In this document: positions 34,011 through 46,863 of the stretch, piece after piece
Layout: each line of letters starts with the position of its first letter
Numbering within the stretch: the first letter of the stretch is position 1
Assembly (NCBI GenBank): GCA_977017645.1
Contig: OZ360253.1
Coordinates: 25,544,001-25,608,000 of the forward strand
Source of the DNA: Torpedo marmorata
Lineage: Eukaryota
Direction of reading: 5' to 3'
DNA: 64,000 bases
Program-made: the position numbers and the translations under genes
The notes under the pieces: model-generated
Seen by the model: the letters and a program-made list of their open reading frames with translations, nothing else
Database searches by the model: none
Told to the model about the DNA's origin: nothing

Positions 34011-35692
34011 TAGCGAAGAACCGCCCCTCCGCACCCCCCACGTCCCCTGACGATCCCACCCTGTCCGTATCTGAGGATGAAGTGTGTGCTGCCTTCAGGA
34101 GAGTGAATCTGAGGAAAGCATCCGGCCCGGATGGAGTACCTGGCCGAGTATTAAAGATCTGTGCTGATCAACTTACCAAGGTATTCACGGATATCTTCAA
34201 TATCTCACTCCAGCAGGGCGTGGTACCCACCTGTTTCAAACAGGCCTCAATCATACCAGTCCCCAAGAAGAGTGCAGTAACCTGCCTTAAAGACTATCAA
34301 CCAGTAGCACTTACATCAACAGTGATGAAGTGTTTTGAAAGGCTGGTGATGAAACATATCAGCTCCTGTCTGAGCGGTGACATGGATCCATTCTAGTTTG
34401 CCTATCGCGGCAACAGGTCTACGGCAGATGCCATCTCACTGGCTCTACACAAAGCCCTGGAACACGTGGACAGCAAAGATGCATACATCAGAATGCTCTT
34501 TATCGACTACAGTTCGGCATTTAAAACCATCATCCCCTCAAAACTGATCAGCAAACTCCAAGAACTGGGAGTTAACAACCCACTGAGTTATTGGATCATG
34601 GATTTCCTCACCTCCAGACCACAATCAGTGAAGATTGGTAAGAACTTCTCCTCTACAATCTCTTAGCCCCCTGCTCTATTCACTTTACACCTACGACTGT
34701 GTAGCTCGGTATGACGATAACACCATCTACAAATTTGCCGAAGATACCACGGTAGTAGGTTGTATAAAGGAAGGGGACGAGTCAGCATACAGGATGGAGA
34801 TTGAAAACCTGGCTGAATGGTGCAACAACAATAACCTTGCACTCAATGTCACCAAAACTAAGGAGCTGATTGTTGATTTCAGGAAAGGAAAGCCAGAGGT
34901 ATACAATCCAGTGATCATTGGGGGATCAGAGGTGGAGAGGGTGAGCAAATTTAGGTTCTTGGGAGTCACTATCTCGGAGGATCTTTCCTGGATCCAACAC
35001 ACCAATGGCATCGTGAAGAAAGCACGTCAGCGCCTCTACTTCCTCAGGAGTTTGCAGAGGTTTGGTATGACACCAGAAACCCTGGCAAATTTCTACAGAT
35101 GTGTGGTGGAAAGTGTGCTGACCGGCTGCATCACGGTCTGGTATGGGAACACCAATACCCCTGACCGTAAAGCCCTCCAAAAGGTAGTGGACACATCCCA
35201 GGATATTACTGGCAAAATCCTCCCCACTATTGAGAACATCTACAGGGAACGTTGCCGTCGGGGAGCAGCAACAATCATCAAAGACCCACACCACCCAGCA
35301 CACGCTCTGTTCTTGCTGCTGCCATCAGGAAAGAGGTATAGGTACCACAAGACTTGCATCACCAGGTTTAGGAACAGCTGCTGCCCCTCTACCATCAGAA
35401 TCCTTAACGACAAAGTCAAATCCGAGACTCATTTAAGGACTCTTACTTGTGCAATTTATTGATTTTTCTTTGCTCTCTCTGTATTGCACAGTCAGTTTCA
35501 TTTTCATTTTCAGTTTCATTCGTTACCTGTTAGCAGTTCTTTTGATTGTTTACATGTTTACGCTGTGTACAGTTTACTTTTTGCACTACCAATTAGTAGT
35601 AATTCTGCTGCGCCCCCAGGAAAAAGAACCTCAGGGTTGTATGTAATGTCAATTATGTACTCTGACAATAAATCTGAAATCTGAAAAAATCT
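34011..35692 (+). mobile_element. Rex1 subfamily B, longest copy (RT domain with stop and frameshifts)
   Basis: [58 protein letters not shown]; (TCTGAAA)n tail. Confidence 0.95.
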
Positions 35693-36897
35693 GAAGTCAA
35701 TCTACATGACCATAAGAGCGGCAGAGAGGATCACTGGGGTCTCCCTCCCTCCCCCTATCGATGTAATCTACTGGGATCGTTGTTTGAAGAGGGCGCGCAA
35801 AATCATTGAGGACCCCTTCCACCCCACGCACAGCATATGGGTCGGCACAACATCGAGGGCCGAAGGGCCTGTACTGTGCTGTATTGTTCTATGTTCAGCT
35901 ACTCTTGTCAGGAAAGAGAAACAGGAGTTTCAGAGCCATCACCACAAGGCTGAGGAACAGCTTCTTCTCATGGGCAGTGAGATTGCTGAACGACTGCTGA
36001 AGTGCTAATACAAACCCTCCAAGACTATTTATTTAACAATATTTATTTATTTTTGTGTTTGCATATACGTACTGCATATGTATCTTTTGTCTGTATGTGT
36101 GTTATGTCTATATATATGTTTGCATGTTTTTGAACTGAGGACCAGAGAACGCTGTTTTGTTGTGTCGTACCTGTACAATCGGATGATAATAAACTTGAAC
36201 TTGAACTTAAAATGGGAGAGCAAGTTGAAATCTTTGTATTAAGAACTCTGGAGTGTAATCTCTTCCATTTCTGAAAAACACTCAAACGTTTGAAAACACT
36301 ATTTCCTAAAATTGCTGTGGTATAGCTGGTGGTGTACTACTCCTGCAATCTGGCTTCAATCCTGACCTCCGGTGCTATGTGTTTGGAGTTTGCACCTTCT
36401 CCCACAGTTCCAACTTCCTTCACCACCCAAAGACGTGTTGTTGAGTGGGTAAACTGGCCACTGTAACTCACTCCCAGTGCTTAGGTAAAGGATAGAATCT
36501 GGAATGTATGGAGAATAAAATGAGATGAGTGTAGTATTCATGTACATAGATGCTTAGTGGTCAGCACAGACATGATGGGTTGAAGGGCCTCTTTCTGCAC
36601 TATATCCAAATAAACTTATGGGCGACTGAGTCGCTTTTAAATGAGATTTATGCAGTGAGTTGCTACAAACAGCTCACTGACTCTTCACAGCACGAGGAGA
36701 ATGTGGGATCTGTGGCATTCTTCTGAGGCAGCAGATGAAGGTTTGGTTTAACATCTCACCTGAAAGACTACGCCGCGCTCCTTCAGTCCTGCATTAAAGT
36801 GTCCATCTGGATTTTTGCGCTCTTGGGAGACTTAAATTTCTCGCCTCACAAAACCAGCAAAAGATCTACTTGCGTTATTGAAATGTCACGTTTTTTC

Positions 36898-37045
36898 TTG
36901 TACGGACACTAAGTGATTCTGAAGGGACTCTCTTTTGCTTCTTTTTCTGTCGTACTGTAAGTGTCGCCAGGCGACACTAATAGCCATTCTTTGTCTGCCT
37001 TACAGCAAGCAGAAGGCAATTTTGTGTAATATTACATGACAAATA
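36898..37045 (+). mobile_element. 3' fragment of the CpG-rich retroposon family
   Basis: ggacact..gtga.tctg..gggactctcttttgcttct...tgtctgccttacagcaagcaga...tgacaaataaaggaatctt. Confidence 0.7.
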
Positions 37046-37334
37046 AAGGAATCTTTTATCTTGACTAATTGCATCTGTGAATATTTATCAATCCTTTTGC
37101 ATTTATTATCTCTCTTTCTGTCTAATGGCACTTTATGGTAATTTAATTTATGCTATTGTATTTGACGTGAGGCTGCAGCAAGAATGAACATTGGTTCATC
37201 TGAACGTTGTACTTCTGTATATGACAATAAACTCTCTTCATCTAATCTCGCCTCACAATTTCCATTGTGCCAAAGTTAATGATGACTCTGGTGCCCGGTC
37301 CCAGGATGAGAATCAGGAAAGCTGGATGCTTTAT

Positions 37335-37868
37335 TTCAGTCAAGTTTATTGTCACCTGATTGCACAAGTACAACCTGATGAAACAACGTTCTCCGGCCCT
37401 CGGTGCGAAACACACCGACACACAACCAGACGTAACACACATACAGACAAACAATACACATGCACGACAAGTATTCATATACAGAAATAAATAAATAAAT
37501 ATTGTTTTGTGAATATGAGAGTGTCGAATGGCTAGTGCAAGCTGTTCCTTTGGCCGTTCAGCATTCTCACTGCACGTGGGAAGAAGCATTTCCTCAGACT
37601 GATGGTGCTGGCTCTGATACTCCTGTATCTCTTTCTCAACAGGAGCAGCTGAAAGATGCTGTGTGCGCGGTGGAAGGGGTCCTCAATGATTTTGCGCGCC
37701 CTCTTCAGACAATGATCCCGGTAGATCACGTCGATGGGGGGGAGGGAGACTCCAGTGATCCTCTCTGCCACTCTTATGGTCCTGTGGATTGTCCTCCGAT
37801 CCATTTCTCTGCAGCAAACGTACCACACTGCGATGCAGCCGGCCAGGACGCTCTCGATAGAGCTCATA
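37335..37868 (-). mobile_element. Rex1 subfamily C 3' fragment
   Basis: SSIESVLAGCIAVWY..RTIRVAERITGVSLPPIDVIY. Confidence 0.9.
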
Positions 37869-38552
37869 TAGAAACTTAAATATAGCAGGAAACAAAACAA
37901 TAAGGGGGGGGGGTGTTAGATGATGCAAGTCTTGATGCAGTTTGTGACTGGAAGAGGCTCAGCTTGTGTCTACACCCTCCAAGTACCTCAAAGGGGTTGG
38001 GGCTTGTGTGTGAATCAACGGGACAATTTGATCTCCTTGCTGTCAGTCTTTATTCATTCATGAGGTGTGGAATTTGCCTCTGGGACAACACTGGCAACGC
38101 CAGCATTTACTGCCCATCCCCAATTGTGCTTGAGGAGGTAGGTGGGAGTGAGTCACCTTCTTGAAACGCTGCCGTCCTTTTGATGAGGACGGAACCACAA
38201 TGAGGAGGGAATTCCAGGATCGAGTCTCCGCGATGGAGGGTGGCGTGAGGATTGGTATGGGTGGAGGTGGTGCTGTTCCTTTCTGCCTCCTGATCTTGGC
38301 CTGGTGGTCAACATTGAGGAGAGACTGCAGAGGAATCTTGGTTCGTTGCTGCAGTGCATTTTGCAGATGGTGTGGTCATTGGTGGTAAAATGGATACACA
38401 GGCTGGGATGCCAATAAAGAGTGCGAGCTCACCTTGGATGGTGTCAGACAAATGTAATGTGATTGCCCGCAAATCAACCAGGCAAGTGGAGAGCATCGCT
38501 TGAGTGAGGGGCTCACATGGAATATCCCTGTCCCTGCCTTAGGATTAAAGAA

Positions 38553-38949
38553 GTGTGGATGCTCCGAGGATTCTCTGTCGAATGTCTGGAGGTCGCTATT
38601 TGATCCATATTTGTACCTTTTTTTTTTCAATGGCAACCTTGATTAGAGGAAGGGGTTAGATTAGAATTAGGTTAGTTTTTTTGTTGTTTAAATTTTTTTC
38701 TTTTTTTTTTCTTTCTTACTATTTTCTATTCTTTTTTTTGAATAATTAGGAAATGGGTTTGACTATGTCTGTTACTGTTTACCTCAAATCAAATAGAATT
38801 AACTTCGGTTTATATAGAAAATAGTTCTATGTAGTTGCAATATGTTACTTTACATGTACACAAAAAGATTTGTTATTTGTTTATTACAGATTATGTATGT
38901 ATGATATATGTTAAACTCAATAAAAATATTTTAAAAAGAAAGAAAGAAA
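38553..38949 (+). mobile_element. L1 3' UTR
   Basis: 10-bp TSD gattaaagaa; homologous to the UTR following the L1 ORF2 end at 61459-61951. Confidence 0.8.
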
Positions 38950-39390
38950 GATTAAAGAACAAAGAAGATTCCAGCACAGTGCAGGCCCTTCGGCCCGTCC
39001 CACGATGTTGCACCAATCAATATAAACCTACTCAACAATCTAACCCTTCCCTACCCCACACCCATAACCCTCTATTTTTCTTGCATCTCTGCACCTGTCT
39101 AAAAGTCTCTTAAATGTCCCTATTGTACCACCCTCCACCACCATCGCTGGCAATGCATTCCAGCCACCCACCACTCTCTGTGTAAAAAAAACACCCCCCC
39201 GATGCCTGCCCTAAACTTTCCTCCCCTCAACTCATACAAATGTCCTCTGGTGTTTGCGTCTGTCGTCCCAGGGAAAAGGTGCTGGCTGCCCACCGTATCT
39301 ATGCCTCTCATTATCTTGTAGACCTCCATTAAGTCACCTCTCATCCTTCTTTGCTTCAAAGATAAAAGCCCTAGCTCTGTTAACCTTAAT
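38950..39390 (-). mobile_element. CR1 3' end
   Basis: LGLLSLKQRRMRGDLMEVYKIMRGID..TRGHLYELRGGKF. Confidence 0.9.
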
Positions 39391-39845
39391 TCTGGATCCA
39401 CTCTGGATCCTGACCATGCATTGTCTTGGTCTTAAGCCTTTACTCCCTTCACCCAGCTGCTCCAAGATACTTGTAACCTACAGATGCCCAGCACAGGATT
39501 GACGATGGCAGAAATAGCTCAGCAAGTTTATTGAGGAGTGATTTGCTGTCAATTACCAGGAGACTCTGCAGCCAGTAGATATTATATAATGATAATTCAG
39601 CACAGTGAATAATCACTTAATGGTCCAATCCATGAAAGGCATTCATAACATATTTCACAGCCACAATAAATCAGCAGGCTTTGCACTTGATCACAAGGCA
39701 CCTATTAATACACATTAGAGCGGCTAATGATTAATGTCTCCAAGGGGGAATTCAAATAGATCAGTCAGCGCAAGGAATAGGGTAAAGTTCAGGGAAAGTA
39801 TAAAGAAATTCAGCCTCGACCCCTGAACGCAGTCCCACATTGGAC

Positions 39846-40312
39846 TTAGTGGACACAGCCCAGGACATCACAGGCAAAACCCTCCCCACCATCCAGAACA
39901 TCTACAGGGAACGCTGCCGTCGGAGGGCAGCAGCAATCATCAAGGATCCACACCACGCAGCACACGCTCTGTTCTCGCTGCTACCATCAGGAAAGAGGTA
40001 TAGGTGCTACAAGACTCATACCATCAGGTTCAGGAACAGCTGCTACCCCTCCACCATCAGATTCCTCAACAATAAACTCAATCAGGGACTCATTTAATAA
40101 CTCTTACTTTTGCACTTTATTGATTTTTTTTCCTCACTGTATTGCACAGTCAGTTTGTTTACATTTTTGTTTGTTTACATGTGTACGTTGAGTACAGTTT
40201 TTTTTTCTTGCACTACCAATAAGTGGTAATTCTGCCTGGCCCACAGGAAAAAGAATCTCAGGGTTGTACGTGATGTCATGTATGTACTCTGACAATAAAT
40301 CTGAAATCTGAA
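39846..40312 (+). mobile_element. Rex1 subfamily B 3' fragment
   Basis: VDTAQDITGKTLP..LLPSGKRYRC..RFRNSCYP; (TCTGAAA)n tail. Confidence 0.9.
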
Positions 40313-40708
40313 CCATCTACATTGACAGGAGAAAAAGTCCATACATTTGGCTTGCAAGGGAAGGGAAAGTTTGCATTTCAATTGAGCCTTCCTCTTCCAT
40401 TTCAGAGCATCCCAAATCACTCTGCTGTCAATGATGTATTCATTGACAATTGTCATTGATGTATGGAATGCAGGAGCCAAGTATGCTCAGCAAGATCCCA
40501 CAAATGTGAAGATAAAAGGACATTGAGATTGTCTGTTTCTCCCTCCATAGATGTTGCCTGGCCTCTTGAGTACTTTTATTAACAATTTTCCTTTTTCAGC
40601 AACATCGAATAGTTCGACAAGCAGCACCGACACACCCCAGATGGCATCCTTCTGCTCCTATTGCTTAGGATCTTTTGATGGCGTGAGACCTTCCAAGTCT
40701 GCTTGAGG

Positions 40709-42165
40709 TCAGAATCAGAATCAGAATTTATTGTCATGAACAAGTCATGAAATTCGGTGTTTTGCAGCAGCATCATAGTGCAAACATTCATATTATAACC
40801 ATCTTTATGACATAACTATAAAAAAATTATAAATAATAGTGCACGAAAAGTAAGGCAGTGTCTTCGGTTCATTGATTATTCAGGAATCTGATGGCAGCGG
40901 GGAAGAAGCTGTCCTTGTGCCATTGAGTGCTCGTCTTTAGGCTCCTGTACCTTTTTCCCGATGGAAGCAGAGTGAAGCGGGCATGACCTGGGTGGTGGGG
41001 GTCCTTGAGGATAGAGGCTGCTTTTTTCAGACACCGCCTCATGTAGATGTCCTCAATGGAGTGAAGTTTGGTGCCTGTGATGTCACAGGCTGAGTTAACA
41101 ACCCTCTGGAGTTTACTCTTGTCCTGAGAGTTGGCGCCTCCATACCAGGCAGTGATGCAACCAGCCAGAATGCTCTCCACGGTACATCTGTAGAAGTATA
41201 CGAGAGTCTTCGGTGACATACCGAATCTCCGCAGAAGCCTCACAAAGTATAGCCGCTGACGAGCCTTCTTTGTGATTACATCAATGTGGATGTTCCGGGA
41301 TAGATCCTCGGAGATGTTGACACTCAGGAATTTGAAGTTCTTGACCCTCTCCACTACTGAGCCCTCGATGAGGACTGGCTCATGTTCCCCTGACTTCCTC
41401 CTGAAGTCCACAATCATTTCCTTGGTTTTGTTGACGTTGAGCTCAAGGTTGTTGTCGTTACACCATTCAACGAGCTGATCTATCTCCCTCCTGTACGCTT
41501 CCTCATTGCCGTTTGTGATTCTGCCGACAACTGTGGTGTCATCGACAAACTTGTAGATGGCATTGGAATTGTGCCTGGCCATACAGTCATGGGTGTATAA
41601 CGAGTAGAGCAGTGGACTAAGCACGCATCCTTGGGTGCGCCTGTGTTGATAATCAGTGAGGAGGAGACGTTGTTTCCAATTCGTACTGACTGTGGTCTTC
41701 CAATTAGAAAGTCAAGGATCCAGTTGCTGAGTGGGGTACAGGGGCCTAGAGTTTGTAGCTTCTTGACCAGCACTGAGGGAATAATGGTATTGAAGGCCGA
41801 GCTGTAGTCAATGAAGAGCAGCCGTATGTATGAATAGCTGTTTTCGAGGTGATCCAGAGCTGAGTGGAGAGCCAGCGATATTGCATCTGCTGTGGAGCGA
41901 TTGTGACGATAGGCGAATTACAGTGGGTCCAGATCTTTGCTTAGGTACATGTAAATTCTGGCCATGACCAGCCTCTCAAAACATTTCATCACAGTAGAAG
42001 TTAGTGCTACTGGGCGGTAGTCGTTGAGGCAGCCCACACTACTCTTCTTGGGTACCGGGATGATTGATGCCCTTTTGAAGCAGGTGGGAACGTCTGACAG
42101 CCGCAGTGAGAGGTTGAGAATGTCCGTGAACACTCCGGCTAGTTGGTTGGCGCAGATTTTCAGTA
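40709..42165 (-). mobile_element. Rex1 subfamily A, longest copy
   Basis: [31 protein letters not shown], stop after DPL, frameshift at GAP/QG, then ORF 41624-40869 ([22 protein letters not shown]); (TTCTGA)n tail. Confidence 0.95.
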
Positions 42166-42609
42166 ATGGCAGACTGTTTAAGGTCTCATCTGAGCAGAAA
42201 CACATTCGCATTCCCTTGCTGCTGAACTGCCACAGCTGAAACTTTCTTCTCAAGTCACTGGTTTAGAACTTGAACCACAACATCCTCAGAAGCACAAACC
42301 ATGTCTCAGAACGGAAATCATTCTCTTCAAGAAGGGGCTGAGAGAGAAGGTGATGAATATAAGTGCAAGGAGCAGGGCTCTAGATTAGGAGGAAATTAAT
42401 TACTAGCTGGTGTTTGACATAAAGATGCCGAATGAGGGTCCCACTGCAGAAGCACTCTTTGGTCTTTATAAAATATGTATCAGAGTATTCACAGAATTGA
42501 GAGGAGCAGTGTGATGATGATTAATCATTTCACTGACAGCATTCGGGCATAGCATTCACCCACATGAAGCTACAGTCTGGTTTAGATCAGCCATTCTCAA
42601 CGGGGTAAC

Positions 42610-42980
42610 ATTGTCTGAAGAGGGCGCGCAAAATTATTGAGGACCCCTTCCACCCTGCACACAGCATCTTTCAGCTGCTCCCGTCAGGAAAGAGATACAG
42701 GAGTATCAGAGCCAGCACCACCAGGCTGAGGAACAGCTTCTTCCCACAGGCAGTGAGAATGCTGAACGACCAAAGGAACTGCTCACACTAACCATCCGAA
42801 ACTCTCATATTTACGAAATTATATTTATTTATTTGTATATATGAATATTAGACCTGCATATGTGTTGTCTCTCTGTATGTGCGTTATGTCTGGTTGTGTG
42901 TCTGCGTGTTTTGCACCGAGGACCGGAGAACGCTGTTTCATCAGGTTGTACTTGTGCATTCGGATGATAATAAACTTGAC
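42610..42980 (+). mobile_element. Rex1 subfamily C 3' end
   Basis: CLKRARKIIEDPFHPAHSIFQLLPSGKRYRSIRASTTRLRNSFFP. Confidence 0.9.
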
Positions 42981-43427
42981 ATGACCAATGTCATGACGTA
43001 AATGGCTGAAAGACTGGAGGACGCGTCCTATCAGAAGCTCGGTGGCCTTGCAGAGACCAATGAAATGACGGAAGCCAATGAAAACCCACGCACGTCACAG
43101 GAAGAACATGCAAACTCCTTACAGACAGCACTGGATTCGAACCCGGGTCGCTGGCGCTGTAATAGCGCTTTGCCAACCGTCCATTTGTTTACTGATACCT
43201 GAACTAACTTAGAGCATCTTATACCTTTTCTCAACAGGATCTGCAATGCGTTTCCTGCTTATTGAATAGTTTTCATGCAGTGGTTATTGGGCTCTTGGAC
43301 CTCCCCTAAATACTGACCACAAACTACTCTGAGACCACAAAGAGATCTGTCTGTATTATTGAAACACCACTTTATTTGCACTAACAGTTGCTGTGCATAT
43401 TTATCTATCAGTCCTCTGTATTTATCA

Positions 43428-43774
43428 CAGTAAAAGTCCTAAAATCCAGACTGCTTGGGGATTGGGTCGGTCTGTACTTTTGGATTTTCCGGATTCTCGG
43501 GCCGTACTTTTAAAATTCAAATTTAAGGAGAATAAACAGGTAAATTTTGAAAGCTTATTAACGCAACATTTTTTCATATAAAATACAAAGTACAAACCAA
43601 CAAACAAATATTTTTTCTTACATTTCCGCGACTTCCGTGTGGTCGCTTGTTGCCGCTGTGCATCTGTCGCGCTCGCGCACATAGACGCACGCACACAAAA
43701 GCCGAGAGTTTTCGAGAAGTCCGGATTCTCCAGTGGTTCGGATTTCTGGCATCCGGATTCTTGGACTTTTACTG
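43428..43774. mobile_element. pogo/Tigger-type MITE
   Basis: TIR cagtaaaagtcctaaaatcc / ggattcttggacttttactg followed by TA. Confidence 0.85.
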
Positions 43775-43909
43775 TATCTCTTTCCATCGAGTAATTTCAT
43801 GTAGACTCTTGTAAATTTTCTTTTACAAAGTACGTATTTGGCTGCAGCAAGAATTTCAATTCACATATACATTGGACTTTTGTGTATGACAATAAACTTA
43901 TTATCATTC

Positions 43910-44455
43910 TGTCACGGTCTGGTATGGGAACACCAATACCCCTGAGTGTAAACCCCTCCAAAATGTAGTGGACACAGCCCAGGACATCACAGGAAAAACC
44001 CTCCCCACTATTGAGTACATCTACAGGGAACGCTGCCGTCGGAGGGCAGCAGCAATCATCAAAGACCCTCACCATCCAGCACACGCTCTGTTCTCACTGT
44101 TGCCATCAGGAAAGAGGTATAGGTGCCACAAGCCTCGCACCAGGTTCAGGAACAGCTGCTGCCCCTCCACCATCAGACTCCTCAACAACAAACTCAATCA
44201 GAGACTCATTTAAGGACTCTTACTGTGCACTTTATTGATTTTCTTTTTGTTCTTTCTGTATTGCGTAGTCAGTTTGTTTACATTTGTTATCTGTTTACAG
44301 TTCTTTTTTTTTTTACATGTTTTACACTGTGTACAGTTTATTTTTTGCACTACCAATTAGTGGTAATTCTGCCGCGCCCGCAGGAAAAAGAATCTCAGGG
44401 TTGTATGTGACGTCATGTATGTACTCTGACAATAAATCTGAATCTAAATCTAAAT
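43910..44455 (+). mobile_element. Rex1 subfamily B 3' fragment
   Basis: TVWYGNTNTP..HHPAHALFSLLPSGKRYRCHK; tail. Confidence 0.9.
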
Positions 44456-45739
44456 CATGATGCATAGAAATAAGATTAAAAAATTGAGAATTTTGGCCAT
44501 TTGGTGGCTTCTAAACAGTTGAAGGAAGATAACATACAGGCTTTGTGCCTTCATGAAGTTCCATTTGTATGTAATGAGTAGCATTCCAATGAGAGTGACA
44601 GCAAGTCTTACCTAAAATTCTGCAGCACCAAAACACCATCTAAAACAGACTTCTGATTTTTCTAGTTTTAGGTCACCCCCACCTTCTTTACCTCCTCTCA
44701 TTCTTGCTTTCCTCTCTAACTCACCCCCCTCCCAGTGGTCTCTCTCTCTCTCTCTACCTGAATCTCCACCTCTCCCAACCTCTGTCAAATGCTCCATCAC
44801 TTCTAAGCCTCTCTCCAGCTTCTTCCCCCGCTCTTTTTTTTTTCCATCCCCCTTGATGAATTTGATATCACCCCTTTCTTCTCCATTCTCCATCAAGGGT
44901 CCCAACCTGAAACGTCAAGTGACCACTTCTCGCCATGGACGCTGCCTGACCTGCTGAGTTCCTCCAGATTCCCATTGTTTGACCAAAACATCCCACCCTT
45001 CCAAAGACAACATTTAACAGGAGCATTGCCTAAATAGAGCTCAAGAAATTATAGAAGACCCTTTCCATCCAGCGCACAGTATCTTCAACCCACTACCATC
45101 AAGACGAAGGATCAGGAGCATCAAAATCAGGACTGCCAGGCTGGGGAATAGTTTATTCCCACAGGCTGTGAGATTGATGAACAGTATCCTGTAACAGTGA
45201 AAATAATCCCAAATAATGATATATATTTTTTGAATATTTATGTGATCATTATATACTGTATATGGCGTTTTTGTGCGTGCACCATGGTCTGGAGAGACAC
45301 TGTTTCATCGAGTTGAATATGTACAATCAGATGAGAATAAACTTGAACTTGAGAAGGGCGCCAAAGTTCCTTAAAGCCCCAAATCAGCCTCCGGACCTTG
45401 TTTGGTCTATACCTGACTCCAGACCAACCAAAGTGGTTGGTTGTTATCTACCTCCTCCATTCAGATGCAGTTCAGGATGGATGGAGAATAAATACCAACA
45501 TTGCCGGCAACATCCAGATTCTGAGAACAAATGAATAAAAGCTCACAATGCTGTGGTTTGGAGTCACACAATGGATTAGACTAAGGATCCGCCCATAATT
45601 CCTTCTACAGTGGACATTATTGAACAACTTAACCGTCTGATAGTTTTGTTCCCACCAGCTTCTTTGACTATATTTGGAGTCATAGCTCACAGAAATTAAC
45701 ATATATGTAATGATGAGGAGAGTTTCTTGTCCTTTCCAC

Positions 45740-46863
45740 GTCCGATGTAACAGGAGGACTTGGGAGTGCTTGTGTATGAATTGCAAAATGTTGGTTTGCA
45801 GGTGAAGCAGTCTATCAAGAAGGCAAATGGAACGTTGGCCTTCATTGCTTGAGGGATTGAATTTAGGAGCAGGGACGTTATGCTGCAACTGTACAAGGTG
45901 AGGCCGCATCTGGAGTACTGCATGCAGTTCTAGTCTCCTTACTTGAGGAAGGATGTACTGGCTTTGGAGGTAGTGCAGAGGAGGTTCACCAAGTTGATTC
46001 CAGAGATTAGGTGTTTTGACTATGAGGAGTGATTGAGTCATCTGGGTCTGTATTCACAAGAATTTAGAACAGTGGTTTTCAAACTGCCACCCTAAACTCA
46101 CATTCCACCTTAAGTAATTCCTATGCCATAGGTGCTCTGTGATTAGTAAGGGATTGCTTAAGGTGGTATATGAGTGGGAAAAAAAGGTTGAGAACCACAG
46201 CTCTAGACCCAATTATTACTGAAATATTTTGCTTGATAAAAATTGTCATTGGCCCATTTCCTTTGGAGTTATGAAACCGTGCATATAATGATTCAATTAG
46301 GTATGATTAAAACAGTGGTTTTCAAACCTTTATCTTTCCACTCACATACCACCTTAAGCAATCCTTTACTAATCACAGAGCACTTATGGCATAGGGATTA
46401 CTTAAGGTGGAATGTGAGTTTAGGGGAGCAGTTTGAAAACCACTGATTTAGAAGAATGAGAGGGGATCTTATAGAAACATATAAAATGATGAAAGGCTTA
46501 GATAAGAAAGAGGTAGGTAAGTTGCTTCCATTGGTGGAGGAGACCAGAACTAGGGGACATAGCCTCAAGATTTAGGGTAGAAGATTTAGGATGGAGATAA
46601 GGAGGAACTGCTTTTCCCAGAGAGTGGTGAATCTGTGGAATTCGCTGCCCATTGAAGCAGTAGAGGTGACCTCAGTAAATATATTTAAGACAAGGTTGGA
46701 TAGATTTTTAAATGATAGGGGAATTAAGGGATATGGGGAAAAGGCAGGTAGGTGGGGATGACCCTATCATCAGATCAGCCATGATCTCATTGAATGGCGG
46801 AGCAGGCTGGACGGGTCGGATGGCCGACTCCTGTTCCTGTTTCTTATGTTCTTATGTTCTTAT
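45740..46863 (+). mobile_element. CR1 3' part with nested hAT MITE
   Basis: KKANGTLAFI..RPHLEYCMQF..EVVQRRFTKLIP..RRMRGDLIETYKMMKGLD..FSQRVVNLWNSLP; tail (ttcttatg)n. Confidence 0.92.
46070..46445. mobile_element. hAT-Charlie-type compound palindromic MITE
   Basis: Perfect 8-bp TSD atttagaa; TIR cagtggttttcaaac / gtttgaaaaccactg; two ~130-bp inverted arms. Confidence 0.93.

Larger units (their letters stand above)
33045..36208 (+). mobile_element. Rex1 subfamily C copy split into pieces by nested insertions
   Basis: STGTPQGCVLS..KFADDATVVG (33045-33335), continuing at 33778-34010 and 35693-36208 (TIRAAERITGVSLPP..) to a (CTTGAA)n tail. Confidence 0.85.

Noticed and set aside
34011-35692. 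Active autonomous LINE
   Set aside because: 5'-truncated with no endonuclease domain, an internal stop, frameshifts and a mutated catalytic motif (FAED).
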